Below are positions 28,450-43,479 of a DNA stretch of 64,000 nt, piece after piece; position 1 is the first letter of the stretch, and every line of letters starts with the position of its first letter. Source of the stretch: Eledone cirrhosa (Eukaryota). A program made the position numbers and the translations under genes. Location: contig OZ024740.1 of the NCBI GenBank assembly GCA_964016885.1, positions 120,714,001-120,778,000 on the forward strand, read 5' to 3'. Below the pieces are notes generated by a model. It was not told the origin of the DNA and did no database searches. It was given only the letters and a program-made list of their open reading frames with translations.

Positions 28450-30262
28450 ATTATATAAATAACCTGAAACTCTTTAAACTTTATACATACAATGCATTTC
28501 GTATCTGTGTTATGTTGCTAAGTTCGCTTTCCAATCAGATGCCCGGGTTTCTAACTTTATAATTTTCCCTGTAAATAGTTTTCTTCAACATTACTCATAC
28601 ATTGAATCCTGCACATTTATGTAGTTATATTCTACGAATCGCAGTACGTAAGGATACTCATGACATTAGGCATGTGCACCACTATGGGAAACACAGGTTG
28701 ACTAATAAGTCATCCAGTGACTAATAAGTCATAACGTGGAACAGTGAAACAAAATCGTCAATATGAAAAGCATATTTAATAAGGGATAACGTCTTTCCAG
28801 ACATTCAGAGATAAAGGCTCATATACATCCCGTATCTCTCAGGGAAAAATTGCCTTTCCTTTCAAAAATAAATAAATATTGGTGTAGTCCAGAGAATCCT
28901 AAAATGGGTGACAGGGAATTTAAGATGTGCACTGGAAGTCAAGTAGTGTAGAAAGATGGTTGGCAGGCCTGCGATGATGTGGGGTAAAGAAACAAATGAT
29001 ACAAATTGGCATAAAACTGTCACATCTAGTTATTCAGAAAATGTTTGAATAATATGAAATAAAAAATATGTATTGAAATTTAACTTTCAATGTATTGTCT
29101 TTGCCCAACTTCACTCTGCTTGATAAAATACATTCTCTAAAAGTAGTCAAAAATGTATGGTAAACTCTTGTGTAGAGGGTATAAAGTTCTGTATTTCATC
29201 TATTTTTAATATCTTACAGTCTTAGTTCACATTCCATTGTGCTGGAATTTGACTTCTGGCCTACACTGCTGTGGTAGTCATAACGATTAATTAATTTACT
29301 TATAATACCTGGTGTGGACCATCACTACCGCACTGTTATGAATTGTGTATAAGGAAAATAAATCATAGTGATATTAAACTTTGTTCCATAAGTAATATAA
29401 AAACAATTAAGTTAAGGTCATACAATTACATTATATGTTCAAAATGATTCCCATTCGCATTAAGGTCAGCTCGATATTATTGTGTTTCTTTGTAATTGGT
29501 AAACTAATTATGGCCCACACTCTTGATAGAGTAAATTAACACTATTAGGTATTCGGGGCTGTTTCAATATGGTTACACTGAATTTATAACAACTAAAGTC
29601 AGGCCCATGCCATCAATTTCAATCAACCAAACATCTAACTCAAGACATACATGCACACATCTGTACATGGGCATTCACCTACCTATAAGTACACATGCAT
29701 GCATAGTCGTGTGCAGAAGCATACATATACATATAACTATGCACATATATCTACACACATGCAAATCCGTACAAAGTAACACATGCGCTCACACAGGCCC
29801 ATGCAGGACCCTATGAGGAGAAGGATTGATGGAAGTGAATGTGCCAATGCTCCTTTATAGTGTTATAGAGGAGGCAGATTGTCTGCACACACACACACAC
29901 CTACATGTATCTGACACATACACGCACACATGTACGTACTACATTCATATAACCAGACAAGAATCAGGGAAGAGCTTTAAGGATATCTGCACATATACAC
30001 ATGGGAAGTAAAATATGTAAACTTACATGTGAATAGTGGTAGGTTGGTGGTACAATGTTGGTGATAGGTGGATATACTAGGTGTGGGTAAGAGAGTAGGG
30101 TGTGGTTTTGTGGTCTCTACAAGTGACTCTTAGGGAAGCCTATGTGGGATTTAGATCAGGTACATGTCGCTCCGCAGGGATAAATGCCGGCCGGTTTGGG
30201 TACTAGCGCTTGGTAGGAGTGGGTCTCTAGACTCCACGGTCGTTTGTTAGTTTAATTGTTTG

Positions 30263-30337
<75 letters not shown>

Positions 30338-30366
30338 TTGTGTGTATGTATATGTTTGTACATATG

Positions 30367-30410
<44 letters not shown>

Positions 30411-30826
30411 TGTGCAAAAAGTAAACAAATAGCAGAGCAAACGACACAGTACAACGAAAAAATATATTAGTTTTACACTTGAGATTGAAGAAAAAGTATC
30501 TCAACGTGTCGGAGGCTAGAAAATAGAATCAGAAATAAAAGAAATAGGATAGAGGACAGTGAAGTGGAGCAGAAATGGAAAAATAATTCTTGGAGGAAAA
30601 GCAGGTCTGTTCATCTCTTATATCTACGTATCTTTTAGTTTGCAAACATGAGGAAGAACATGCTCAATACCAAGGTAGAGAATATTATATTACTGAGACT
30701 ACTCTCTGCTACTAATCGGAGTTTCAGGGATTACCAGTATGCGTAGTCAGAAACAACTCGTGAAACTCAGATTAGCAATATAAAGGGATTTCAGTAAAAT
30801 AATGAATCTCTCTCTCCCTCTCTCTC

Positions 30827-30895
<69 letters not shown>

Positions 30896-30896
30896 G

Positions 30897-30944
<48 letters not shown>

Positions 30945-31511
30945 CACAGAGAGAGAGAGAGAGAGAGAGGGTGGGGGGGGGGAGATTCATTATTTTACTG
31001 AAATATATATATATATATACACACACACATACATACATACATACAAATATGCATGCGTGTATGAAGTATGTGTATGCGTCATTATGTGTTTGAGTCGAGT
31101 CCGATTTTATGGTTACATCTATGCTTCTGTTTATACTCCGTCAGTTAGCTATTCGACAATCATCAATGGTTAAAGAATAAAGAAGGATGAGGCTGTTAAA
31201 TGATGAGTATATGATCGACTAAATCATAGTGGGGTACAGGCATGGTCACAGTCTAATGCCTGTAACCAAAAGAATTGGTGTAAAAAAAAAATTGCGCCCC
31301 ATAAAGAAATTCTCGTTGTAGTGAATAGTAATTTAGCGATTTTTGAAACATGATTCGGTCTAAACTCCACATTGGGCATATGTTTCTCTATGTGGACTTT
31401 GAGATAATTTGTCTTTAAAGTGTCTTATTTGTATTTTGACCACGCCATACTCAATTGTTTAGTAAAATAAAATAAACAAAGGCAATATTCAATTTGCGAA
31501 TATATATATAC

Positions 31512-31562
<51 letters not shown>

Positions 31563-31795
31563 CAAGTAAGACCCCGCCGGCTAATTCAGAGAATTAGCCG
31601 TCGAAACGGCTTGATCTCAGCCGTCGGGGTCTTACTTGTTCCTATTACCCACTCTACTACCCTAAGTATTGAGTACTTTGGTGCGTTATGGTCCACCTGG
31701 TTCCTTACCACTTTTCCTTCGTTATATATATATATATATTTATTAAAATATATATATATATTTATATATATTTATTAAAATATATATATATTTAT

Positions 31796-32255
<460 letters not shown>

Positions 32256-32266
32256 ATATATATATG

Positions 32267-32340
<74 letters not shown>

Positions 32341-32454
32341 TATACATATATATGTATACATATATGTATATATATACGTATATATATATATGTATATATA
32401 CATGTATATATATATATGTATATATATGTATATATATATATATGTACATATATG

Positions 32455-32519
<65 letters not shown>

Positions 32520-32546
32520 GTATATATATATGTATATATATATATG

Positions 32547-33203
32547 TATATGAAAGACGTAAATAAGAAAGTTATGAAAATTGACTTACTTACTAAAAGT
32601 TACTAAGTCAAAACATATATATCTGCTGACATAGGTATGCATCTGTATACATATGTCGGTAGATATATTAATTCTTTATAATTATCTCCAAACTATTTGT
32701 TGAGCAAAATTTGCCGAAATTACTACTGTGACTGATAGTAGTGGCTAGGCTCTGTCTTAATAGCACCCCCACTCCAAGCTGGTTAACCTCAGTGTCACGT
32801 GATTGATTCTTTTGAATTTGCCACTTGACCAAGAAGGCAGTGCATTTTTTAATGGCTTGGAATCTAGTCCCGCTCGCTTTTTTCCATCCACTGAATTATT
32901 TTTATATAAGTTCCCAATGTTCCCGCATTGCCTGGAAGCTTAGCCGAGAATAGACTCCCTGATGACGTAAGGCTTCTCTATAGTTATTACGTAACTATAT
33001 TTATCCCCTTACAGAAACTAATTAGTTGGAGTGAAATTTTAGTAAGTAAATCAATTTTCATAACTTTCTTATTTACGTCTTTCATATAATTGTTCTGCAT
33101 TCCCCTGCATAGAACCACAAAGTTACTAAGGCAAAACATATATATCTGCTAGCACATGTATGCATCTGTATACATATGTCGGTAGATATATTAATTCTTT
33201 ATA
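32547..33203 (+). mobile_element. HHR element: inverted stub plus 1.2 tandem units (523 bp period)
   Basis: 32547-32598 is the reverse complement of 33037-33088. 32597-32680 is directly repeated at 33120-33203. Confidence 0.85.
32954..33032 (+). ncRNA. Type I hammerhead ribozyme with extended helix II
   Basis: ACTCC-CTGATGA-c-GTAAGG...CCTTAC-a-GAAA-CTAATTAG-TT-GGAGT. Confidence 0.85.
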
Positions 33204-33219
33204 TATATATATATATGTA

Positions 33220-33259
<40 letters not shown>

Positions 33260-33261
<2 letters not shown>

Positions 33262-33605
33262 CGACACAACATACACGGCACAATTATTTCACCTCAATTA
33301 TTCCAGCTCTCTTTAAGATAACACCAAAACACGTTAAAACAGAAACAGACTCCATAAAATTCAAACAGTGTTAGTGTCAACACAGAAAAACAATATAGTG
33401 TAGGGTAGAACAAGGGAGAGACACAAAATAAAAGCCCAGTCACTGAGGAGGTCACATAATGTGTGACGAAAGAAATTTGACAATATATAAAGAACCATCC
33501 GGTTATCGGACTAACCAAACGGAAATTTATAATAAACTGAAGTGAAAACCATCTGGTGCGTTTTTTTTATTTGCAGCATGAACCTCCCAAAGTATAACAA
33601 TATAT
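33260..33605 (+). mobile_element. Non-autonomous Penelope-like element with an HHR at 33439-33481
   Basis: GTCA-CTGAGGA-g-GTCAC ataatgt GTGAC-GAAA-GAAA-TT-TGAC. It ends in CTCCCAAAGTATAACAATA-(TA)n. Confidence 0.82.
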
Positions 33606-34679
33606 ATAGATATATTTATTACGAACACCGCTGAAGCTTCGTTTACATGTAGTTAATCTTTCATTGTGTATCGACCTGTTGCGCGCGTTTCTCTAAGGAT
33701 TGGCTCAACTTTTTCTATAGAAGTTATGGACCTGATTCCATCATCGATCTGCTCTTCAGATTCTGTCTATGCATCTATATATTTTGCCTGTGCATCGAAT
33801 GCTAACTTTGGGACCACCACCAGTAATCCACTGATTCATATAGACTACACATACACACACAGACACACACGTATATAAACTCAACACTCTCTTATATATA
33901 TGTATATATATATGTGTGTGTGTGTGTGTGTATCTTGAATTCAATCGGGGGTAACCACAGTAAGTAAGGTACTCAATACATATCAGAGTATAAATGTTTA
34001 ATATAGAAATGGCTTCTACAGGACTAGAACTGTTTCATTCGAAGGAAATTATCAGGAAATCCTACTGTCAATGTGATATGGTATATTTATACATTTTCTA
34101 ATGGTAGGGGAGGGTGGTGATTGTGATGGGTGGAGATCATTGACTGTTAGTTTTAAAGAATGGGGATTCTTTGAAAAAAATACATAGTGATACAAATGCA
34201 GGCACTCCTAATTTTCAAGGTTGATTCATTCTTAGTAAACAAAGGGATTTCATTAAGTGGCTGTATTAACATGCTCTGCTAAAGGATGGTGAGGTCTGCA
34301 AAAATGGTCAGGTATCCCCCCCCCACCCCACACACACACATACATACACACACAGAACAATTGTCATCTGTCATTTACACATAGTAAACGTGGTAGTCGT
34401 TTAATCCTTGTTCAGCCATGATTAAACAGGCCCATTATAAAAATGTTTTCCACATATACCTTCAAGTCTTTTTATACATCAAACTACATTGTCCAATACT
34501 TTCTTTATGTAAAAAGGTAGGGTATAGTTTGAGGGAGATTTGTTTGAATTCTTTTCAGTAAATCGAACACCGATATAGAAGCTAGCTTTTTTTTTTTTAA
34601 GCAAGCCACAATAATTATTTATTTACAATAGTTTATAACTTTGCCTATTAATCTGTATGGTGAGCAAATGGGGTCCCAC

Positions 34680-34960
34680 GTGCTGCCCTCTCCACAGCCC
34701 CGGCGGAGAGGATGGAGAAGGCGTTTCCCCGGAGGATGGTAAGGGAGATGCGCTGGAAGAGTCATTCCAACTCGCGATGCTCACACCTGCGGATGGCCAA
34801 CTCAGCGCCTATGGTGAATAGGGAGGTAGCCCTATGGCCAAGGACACCAGAAGTCTCCACTGCCAAGGGCTCGACCGTGAACCTGTCGGTGAGCGACCGG
34901 TACTTGGTCGCTCTGATATTCATTGCCGTCACCTCACATTGGGGAAAATATCGTTAGATA
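34680..34960 (-). mobile_element. C-terminal restriction-like endonuclease fragment of a CRE-like non-LTR retrotransposon
   Basis: Minus-strand translation ATKYRSLTDRFTVEPLAVETSGVLG...LFQRISLTILRGNAFSIL, with one internal stop. Confidence 0.7.
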
Positions 34961-35834
34961 GCTGATACAGCAGGCAGACCAGGCGTTTGCCAGAAACCAA
35001 CCCCCTTTATTTTCTTATTTATTTTTATAATTTACATTATATTACATCAGAATTATGCTTAATCTAAGAAACAGTTTGAGTTATAAATTTACTCAGAGAA
35101 TATTTGATAAGTGATGAGAGAGGATGGACGATTTTACATGGATTCCATTATAATACGGATGTTTTCTTCTAGTCCTCTTCTGGATTATATTTCTAATCCT
35201 GTAAATTATTGTGGTTATTGTAATCATAATGGCTTTTATTTTTATTAGCGCAGCCTTTATAGTAGAATTGTTTTGTTGCTGTTATCGGTTTATTAGTATT
35301 TCTGTAGTTTCCGAAGATACGAGACCAATATCTCTAGAATAAAAGATACACAGAGACAACATGACAATTTCGATTCTCGATTGAAAACAAATCACTTCAG
35401 CTAGGCTGCTAAGGGCTTTGAGAGAGAGGCACATCTGTCAGACATTCCTCCTACGGATTTATGACCACATAAAGAAATCAATATTTCTATATAATTTGAG
35501 TAGCGACCAACGTAGAGCAAGATAGAAAGACAAACTACTAATGAGTCTTGTGTGTGTCTCAGATTTGATTTGTGATTGAAATCATATCATCTCGCTACAA
35601 TAATGCACGTGATACACTTGTGAAAATCATGGACATCACAGTTGTCTCTATCATCCTTTGAAATACAAGTAAAACATCTATAATAATAAATGCGAATTTA
35701 TGTGTGTGCGTGTTCGCATGGCTTTCTAGCGTCAGCAAATATGAATATTGTATTTAAATAATAAAGTAAATAAACTGCATCCACACTAGAATACAAAAGT
35801 TTCCTGTGAACTTATAAAAAAGCATTATTATTGT

Positions 35835-36440
35835 GGATTGGCAGTATTCGTAGAGAGTCGGACGCCATGCTTTGACGCATAGAGTTCCGGCCCTTGCTAT
35901 TCTGAGTTCAAATCCCGCCGGGGTTAACTTTGCCTTTCATCCTTACGGGGTCGATAAAATAAAGTACCAGTAATGCACTGGGTAATTTGCTGGCCTTGTG
36001 CCTAAAGTAGAAACAATTATTATTATATTCTGTGGAGTGAGCGGCGTAGAATAATGGACCACGGTCAGTTTCAAAGATTCTGTACTTTGGTTTACCGCTT
36101 ATGTGGCTCAGTATTCTACTGACGCAAGTATGTTATCGTGCCGTGAATCCTGGTGTAGTGACAGACGTCGTTTCTTGGGCATCTTATGCCTAGCAGAGTT
36201 CATCCTTCTCCTGGTCTGAACACAGCAGATCTCTTCCAGAGAAGGATAGAAAGTGAGAGAAGGGAGGCCCGAAAGACACAGAGGAATAATCGACCCCAGT
36301 ACTAGACTGGTACTTACTTTTATCGACCTCCAATGGAGAAAAGGCAAAGTTGACATCGATAGGATTTAAACTAAGAGAGCAGACAGCCAAAACGAATACC
36401 GGAAAGCATTCTATCCGACAACTCTGCCAATTCACCGCCT
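35835..36440. mobile_element. tRNA-type SINE (+, 35835-36025) and SINE (-, ~36283-36440)
   Basis: A-box-like TGGCAGTAT, B-box GAGTTCAAATCCC, and core ACTTTGCCTTTCATCCTTACGGGGTCGATAAAAT. Confidence 0.88.
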
Positions 36441-39400
36441 ACTTACAATCAAAATAATCCCCTATCAGAATGGTTGTTGTACATTGTTCAGAGCATAAGT
36501 GTCTGACGACGCTGCATCTACGATTTCATTAGGAGTGTAGATCCCGTGAATGGAATATACAACTAGGTTTCGATCACAGCTGGAGCAAATTCCTACTGAC
36601 TATTGTACTTAAAGCAAAAAACCAGAATGTTTCAACTTTCCAATTTCTTAATGCAAATTGTCACAAAAATGTAGTTGATCGACAGATTTCGATTAGCACT
36701 GGGAGCAGATTATATTATTCCTCATCTTAAGCAAAAGCGCATTAACGATACAATTTCCAATATATTGGATTTATAAACTTGAGCCTCCATGCATTTATAA
36801 AAAGTAAGAAGAAAAGAAGTATTTTAATAGCGTGATGACGATTACTTTGTTGCAGAGTTATCTTCTCGGTCAGAACTGCTTCCTTGATGCATGTCACTAA
36901 CGTCTTCCGAAAAATCATAAACATTAAAACCATCTATTATTCCCAGATTTGGTTGACTTGAACACCTTTGATCATAAGTCTGCCCACTGAAAGCCAACCT
37001 GGGTGCAGATATGACTACGTAGTTATGAATGGCACGTTGGTAAGTTTCTTCTAAAAAATCTCAGATCGAGCAAAGATATTGTATGGAAACCGTTGGGTTG
37101 ATGTTCCTGTTTGTGTGTGGTATGTATGATACATCGTCTGGTTTATAGTCACTACTTGGTCCAGGCTTGCCTTTAGTGATGCCAAATGTTTCAGCCATCT
37201 TCCTTCCACTAGTTTCATTGGCTCTGAAAGAAACCATGGATGATGCTCTTTTTACTCTGTTCAAGTAAAAACAAAAAAAAAAACAGATTTCCATTGATAT
37301 GTATATTACATAACAGATTAAATTTTATTTTTTCCCTGCATACCCTTTTATATACATCTCTATATGCAACATGACCGAATGGATAAGAAATTCGTTTCGC
37401 AATCATTTATTTCCAGGCATAATTCCACTACGTGACATTTTGGACAAGAATGTTTTGTGCTATAGCTTCGAGTAGAAAGTAGGTGAATAAAAAGTGTTTG
37501 GAAGTCCATCGGATGGTCTGTACCTACATTTCTAACCAATAACCTTTTCAAATTACTTAAGTATACATGCATCTGTGACAACATTTAGCTATTTGCACTT
37601 TAATTTCATCAGTGCTAGCCATTAAGCGATAGAGCTCTTATATAGACAAAATAATTATATCCGCACACATGTATTTTATATATTAGGCATGTTTTGCCAG
37701 GTAGCTTTGATTAACAGATCTTTCACTTTTCTTGATTGCTTCGAAATATTCATGTTTTCTAATGTATTACGTTACTAATACTTTTTTGTTGTTCAGTCGG
37801 GTGTGGGAGAATGACAATGCCCATAACATTTTTCAGTGTCTCTCGGACTAGTGAGAGGAAGACATCAATAAAGCAAACTCCTAATCCGAATGCTTGCAAT
37901 AGATTGGCCACCACGAAAGGCATTCAAGTGTCAAATAGTGGTGTTAAATCAGCCGATGACTTAAGCCGTTGATTGCTTTTGTCCACCTGCTATATTTGCA
38001 ATTGTTTCAGATCAATTAAGGCGGAGAATTTGCTGAGACATTACGTTATCTGTATTTGTTACTGTTTACTGCACCCTGAGTTCAAATCCCGCCTAGTTCA
38101 ACTTTGCTTTTCATCATTTTGATGTGAATAACTGAAGTACCAGACTAGTACTGTGTCAGTACTTTTCATCCTTCTTTACTCTGGAAGAAATCGGCTTTGA
38201 TCCGGCCTGGAGAGAGACGAATTCAGCCTATTATAAATGCCCAGGATACGCTGTGAATGGCGCCTCCCCGACTCCATCAGCAAATAATATATGTTTGCCT
38301 TTTTACTTCATTTTAACAAAGCCAGAATAATGTAATGCCAAGTTAATCTCGGCGGAATTTGAACACATAAGGTAAAGAGTTGGAATGCATACGGCGATTC
38401 TGCCGTCTCACCGCTCTGTATTGTAACAACCATAACAATACGCTATGTGTGTTTGTATATTACTTTATATGTAATTATGTCTAAAACGTTTTAAATGTTA
38501 CACATACACCCACCGAGAATTTCATATTTCACTCATATTGTTACAATTAGAAATGCGCTTTCCATTCACAAGAGGTTCCTGGGTGGGTTCTAACCCTACA
38601 TTTGGCTCAGTAAATAGTTATTTCTCCAAAATTATCATACATTCAATCTGATATGTCATTTGTACATATACGTTGAATATTCATGTATTTGTATCCTAGA
38701 AAAAAATTATGTAAATATCATCTTTAATTATTTCCACGTGTCAGTAATCAGCAGAAACTATAGGCTGTCCTTTGCGCAAATCATGAATTGTTCAAAACAC
38801 AAATTTCCCAATTCGTGTAATCCGGTATTCCTGGTCAATATGGGATACTAAATACTGAACTAACAAATTAAATATATTCAAAGCCATTGTCGTCATTATT
38901 GCCGGCACGCGGTCACTACTACGTACTAATGTCCTCCGCATATAGATTCTTTTTTCTCAAAGAAAATAGCAATAAATCTATCTAACCATTTGTTTGTATC
39001 GTGGTTGTTTTATTATTTACTTTTGGTGACTTTTCTGTTATTGTTGCTCCAATTGGTAATGCAGAGTATGATAGAAATGCAGCCAGAGATAAACGATTTG
39101 AAGGGAAATGGAATGAGATTGTTGGCTAATGTGTTACCGTATGATGAAAGTGATTGAGTGAGAGGGGTAAAAGATGTCGTACAGGAAAGGAACACATGGC
39201 TAAATATGGTGACGGAGAAAATGAAAGCGGGGGTGTTTGTAGAGGAAGAATGCAGACGATAAGGAAAATTGGAGAAGCTTGCAACGGGGCTTGCAAGGTT
39301 AATCTCTGATTGAAGAAAAACCGTTTGCTGTTATAGTGGTGTTTTGTAGTAGATGTTGTTATTAGTCCAAAATCAGCTCTGTTTTAGTAAATCACCGATT

Positions 39401-39827
39401 AAAATGTTATCAAAGCCGTGACTATATTGACTTAATTTTCAGAAATATTATTTCTAATAGTATCTATATTATTCAATGATACATTTCAAAGACGGCGAGG
39501 TGAAGAATCAGGTAAAATTAGCTGCTATTTCTAGCAGAGAAATTGATTGCATAAATGTATGCTGGTAGGATATCTAGTTGTGCTGTTGCTGATATTGTAT
39601 AGTCCCAGGTCAGCCTTGATCAAGCTGAAGTTTTCCAGCTGTGAACATTCCCTCTTTTTTCTTTGCGACATAAGAAGTGGTTGACATTGTTCTGCATATC
39701 AATCTATTCTCTCTTTTTTTCTCAAGACCGTGTGTGTGTGATAAAATAGATCTGACTACTACTTCCAGCAGGTTGAACAAACCCGTAGAGGCTTCTTCGC
39801 TAACTCATGTCTAAGCGATTGTCAATA

Positions 39828-40095
39828 GTAATTATAATGATAATAATGATGACGATGAAGAGGATAACAACAACAACGATGATGATGATGCCGATGACAA
39901 TGAAAATGACAATAATGATGATGATAATGACGACGATTGTGATGATGGTAAATATGACGACTAGGATGATGTTGTTTATAATGATGATAGCGATGATTAT
40001 GATCAATATGATGGTGACGATAATGGTGATAATGATGTTGATGATGATGAAGATGAGGTTGATTATACCGATGATGATGATGATGATGATGATGG
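39828..40095. repeat. (GAT/AAT)n low-complexity tract
   Basis: Directly visible. Confidence 0.95.
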
Positions 40096-40325
40096 AACAA
40101 CAAATATAACTTTTATTATTCAAATCCTATCAGTGTTGGGTTTACCCTGCGTCTTTCTGACCCAGCAGGAATGAAATAAATACCAGCAATATATTAGAGC
40201 CGGTCCCTTAAGTACATACACACATATATACTTATATATATAAAACGGAGGAGTTGTGGTAAGGAACCAGATGGACCATAACGCACCAGAGTACTCAATA
40301 CTTAGGGTAGTAGAGTGGGTAATAG

Positions 40326-40430
40326 GAGAAAGTATGATCCGACGGCAGAGCTCAAGCCGTTTCGACGGCTATTTAGTCCAGAAATAGCCGTCTAAACGGC
40401 TTGAGCTCTGCCGTCGGGTCATACTTTCTC
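40326..40430. repeat. Fold-back palindrome (49 bp arms, 7 nt spacer) of the AGCCGT stem-loop family
   Basis: GAGAAAGTATGATCCGACGGCAGAGCTCAAGCCGTTT... pairs with ...AAACGGCTTGAGCTCTGCCGTCGGGTCATACTTTCTC. Confidence 0.9.
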
Positions 40431-40461
<31 letters not shown>

Positions 40462-40484
40462 CACATACATATACATACATATAT

Positions 40485-41135
40485 AGAAAAGATAAAAAGA
40501 TAGCCCCGACAATAAACATTGAAAGTTATAACAATGTGAAAGACATATACACACATAATATGAATGAGTACTGGGGGAATGTTCCAGTCAAAAGCCCCCC
40601 AAAATGCAAGCATACAGACCAGATATAATGATATGGGACAGAGAAAAGAAGGTATGCACAGTAGTAGGCGTCAGCTGCCCAGCAAATGCCGATATAATAT
40701 TAGAGATTAGCGAAAATGAGAATATCTATGCAGAACTGATGGGAAATCTGCAGATACTCCACCTTGACTATACCTTCAGATTTATACCTGTGATTATTGG
40801 GGCATTAGGATATGTTAGTAACTGCCTCAGTACAAATCTTGAGAAGCTAGACGGTACAGAACCAGGAAAAACACGACTTGTTAAGGAATTACAAGTACAA
40901 TATATTAATGGAACTATAAATGTATGTAAAACATTCCCAAAACTCCTCATGTAATAACTGCGTATAAAACATGTACATATACAAAACATATGCACATGCA
41001 CACATGCACACATGCATAATATCTACCCAGTTGATGTTGTCTAGAGTTCAATGAAAGAGTCTTGTGCTTATGTTAGAAACCGACCTTCTCTCTATGGATA
41101 AAAATTGATAAAATTATAAAACCAGAAGAACATAC
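40485..41135 (+). mobile_element. 3' fragment of an R4/Dong-like non-LTR element (RLE domain plus 3'UTR)
   Basis: RPDIMIWD...VSCPA...IYAEL...FIPVIIGALGYV. The 3'UTR matches 53905-54215 in reverse. Confidence 0.85.
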
Positions 41136-41387
41136 ATACATACATATACATAACTACCAGATCATCGTCCGTTGGTTCCGAAGACGGGTGTTCCCGTTGT
41201 GTGACCAAACGATTACTTATATACATATATATTTAATTGTTTGGACACGCGAACGCGTACGTACATAGATGCACGCTGTACACTATGTGTGAGCTAATAA
41301 AATTAACAGGTATACGACTGAAGATTACACTGACACGTGTACTATCAATATAATTCTCATGGTGATTCAGTGTGACACATGTGGAAT

Positions 41388-41670
41388 ATAATTGTTTCTA
41401 CTTTTGGCACAAGACCAGCAATCAACCAGTACATTACTGGTACTTTATTTTATCGACCCTGTAAGGATGAAAGGCAAAGTTAACCTCGGCGGAACTTCTG
41501 TCGGTTTCGACAATGCGAGTTCTAGCTGTTGGATCAAAGGAACAGTCAACCTGTGAAGCTAACATGTAAGTGGTTTTGAATTCCTTAGACTTATGTGCTG
41601 TTAACGTAATTCTCGTGGGGATTCAGCGTGATACAGTGTGACAAAGCTCACCCCTTGAATTCAAGACACA
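41388..41670. mobile_element. SINE fragment (-) followed by a second dispersed repeat (also at ~42590-42750)
   Basis: SINE core at 41400-41495, then ...TTAACGTAATTCTC..GG.GATTCAGCGTGA.ACAGTGTGACAAAGCT. Confidence 0.7.
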
Positions 41671-43113
41671 GCCCATCAAATGCGCTTCCAAACAGCTTCC
41701 TCAACGTCACTCACAATGTTTGAGTAGACTCGAGGCTAAAATGAATGCAACTTTCCCAAAATTCCACCCACTGATATCAAACCTGGGACTTTCTGGCTAT
41801 GAAGCAAACTTCTTAATCATTCGGCTATGCTGCGTCTACATAACAACACAAACACCAATGACAGTGACAGCCAACAATAGCGAAAACAACGACTACATAA
41901 GTAGTAGTCACTATTCTAACAAACAACAAGAATTGTATGTACTACTAATACTGTTATCACTAGTGAGTGCCGATCACACAAGGAAATCATGTGGTCATGC
42001 TACAGGCTAGAAATAGCAGCAAAATCTTCGTCAAATCATATTGTACCATTTAAATGAAAGAAAAAAGGAACCTCACGTTGTACCATGTAGTACCTGAGAC
42101 ATATAATACGACTGAAGGGCCATGGGTGGAATTCCTCCAATCATAGCTTTATTCAATTACAATGCATCTAGGAATAAACAGCGACAACAACAAGCAGTTA
42201 CAGTAATGACATCAACAACAGCAATTCTACGTTTCTTGATAGACTTGCGAAATATAACAGCCTAAATCTCCCTATAATCGAACCCGATTTAGGAGAGGGG
42301 AAAAACTTATTGGTGAATGTAGACGTTGAATATATTTTATAACGACTGCTTTTGACTATTAGTCTGATTTAGCAATGACTAAACCCCAAGTTTTTTTTTT
42401 TAGCATGAAGGAAATAAAAGCAAACTACATAAAACCCCAATATATTTGAAAATGAAAATTGATGTATGGTATGAACTGAACACGGTAACGTGTAATACAA
42501 AACTAAACAATGAAATGTTTAAACACATTTTCTTGTCAATAGCAATAGTGATAACTGTATATGCGTAAGTCGGACCTCCGTCGTCTCCAACGACGATTTT
42601 CCCTATTAATTTAATCAATGGGAGATCCAGCTCATGAAAAGAAAATGCAAGTATCTCAACATTCAACAATCGTATGAACCCTTAACCCAACTCCCAGGGA
42701 GATTCTGCATGATACAGTGTATAACAAAGCTGGTCATTTGAATCGAACTCACGCTCTTACGATGGTAAGCCCAACAGCTATGCGCCTTCACGACAACAGT
42801 TATAACGATTTTCTAAAAGGCGCTGCAACAGTAAGGTCGTTAGTGCATCAAATAATATCCCTAACAAAACTCGTTTCTACGCTCTTCACTCGGATTTCGA
42901 ATATCACTAAGGTGGACTTCGACATTTATTTACTTTTTTTCAGTGTCGATAAAATACTGGTCCAGTAGTGGGTTCATACTTCTCTTCTAAATAAAAGAAA
43001 TTGGCTGTATTTAGAGCCAGAGTGGGATGCGCTTTGCGAGGTTTAATGTGCTCAATACACACAGGATATATCGACGGCATCACTCCGATTCAATGAGAAG
43101 TGACTAAGGAAAT

Positions 43114-43300
43114 ATAATTGTTTCTACTATTGGCACAAGGCCAGCAAATTACCCAGTACATTACTGGTACTTTATTTTACCGACCCCGTAAGGATGAAAG
43201 GCAAAGTTAACCTCAGCGGGATTTTGAACTCAGAATGGCAAGGGCCGTAACTCTATGCGTCAAAGCATGGCGTCCGACCCTCTACCGATACTGCCAATTC
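43114..43300 (-). mobile_element. Young tRNA-type SINE
   Basis: Full head-core-tail structure, near-identical to other young copies. Confidence 0.92.
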
Positions 43301-43479
43301 AAAGGAAATATAATGAAGTTATATATACATTAACACAAGGCATATATGTGTAGGGGTGGGAGCTAGTTCATAGTTGTGTTAAACTGGGTTTGAACTTGGA
43401 ATATAAAAGCTGTTATTTAGGCTGGCTCTCTGTCACTTAACCACCACAATATGGAAACAAAACAGTGGTAATCACAATT

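Noticed and set aside
34015-34065. HHR-like remnants here and at ~4295-4345 and ~33675-33765 (minus strand)
   Set aside because: Core mismatches and poor helix I pairing; too degenerate to count.
35835-35925. tRNA gene
   Set aside because: A/B-box-like motifs are present, but there is no cloverleaf and it continues into a SINE core, so it is a SINE head.
37061-37294. ORF vaguely like a THAP domain or transposase N-terminus
   Set aside because: The diagnostic C2CH residues and any downstream transposase motifs are not visible.
39800-40123. Poly-His/Met/Ile ORFs, and the poly-L/T/S ORFs at 43.5-44.3 kb
   Set aside because: These are trinucleotide low-complexity DNA with no splice or domain support.
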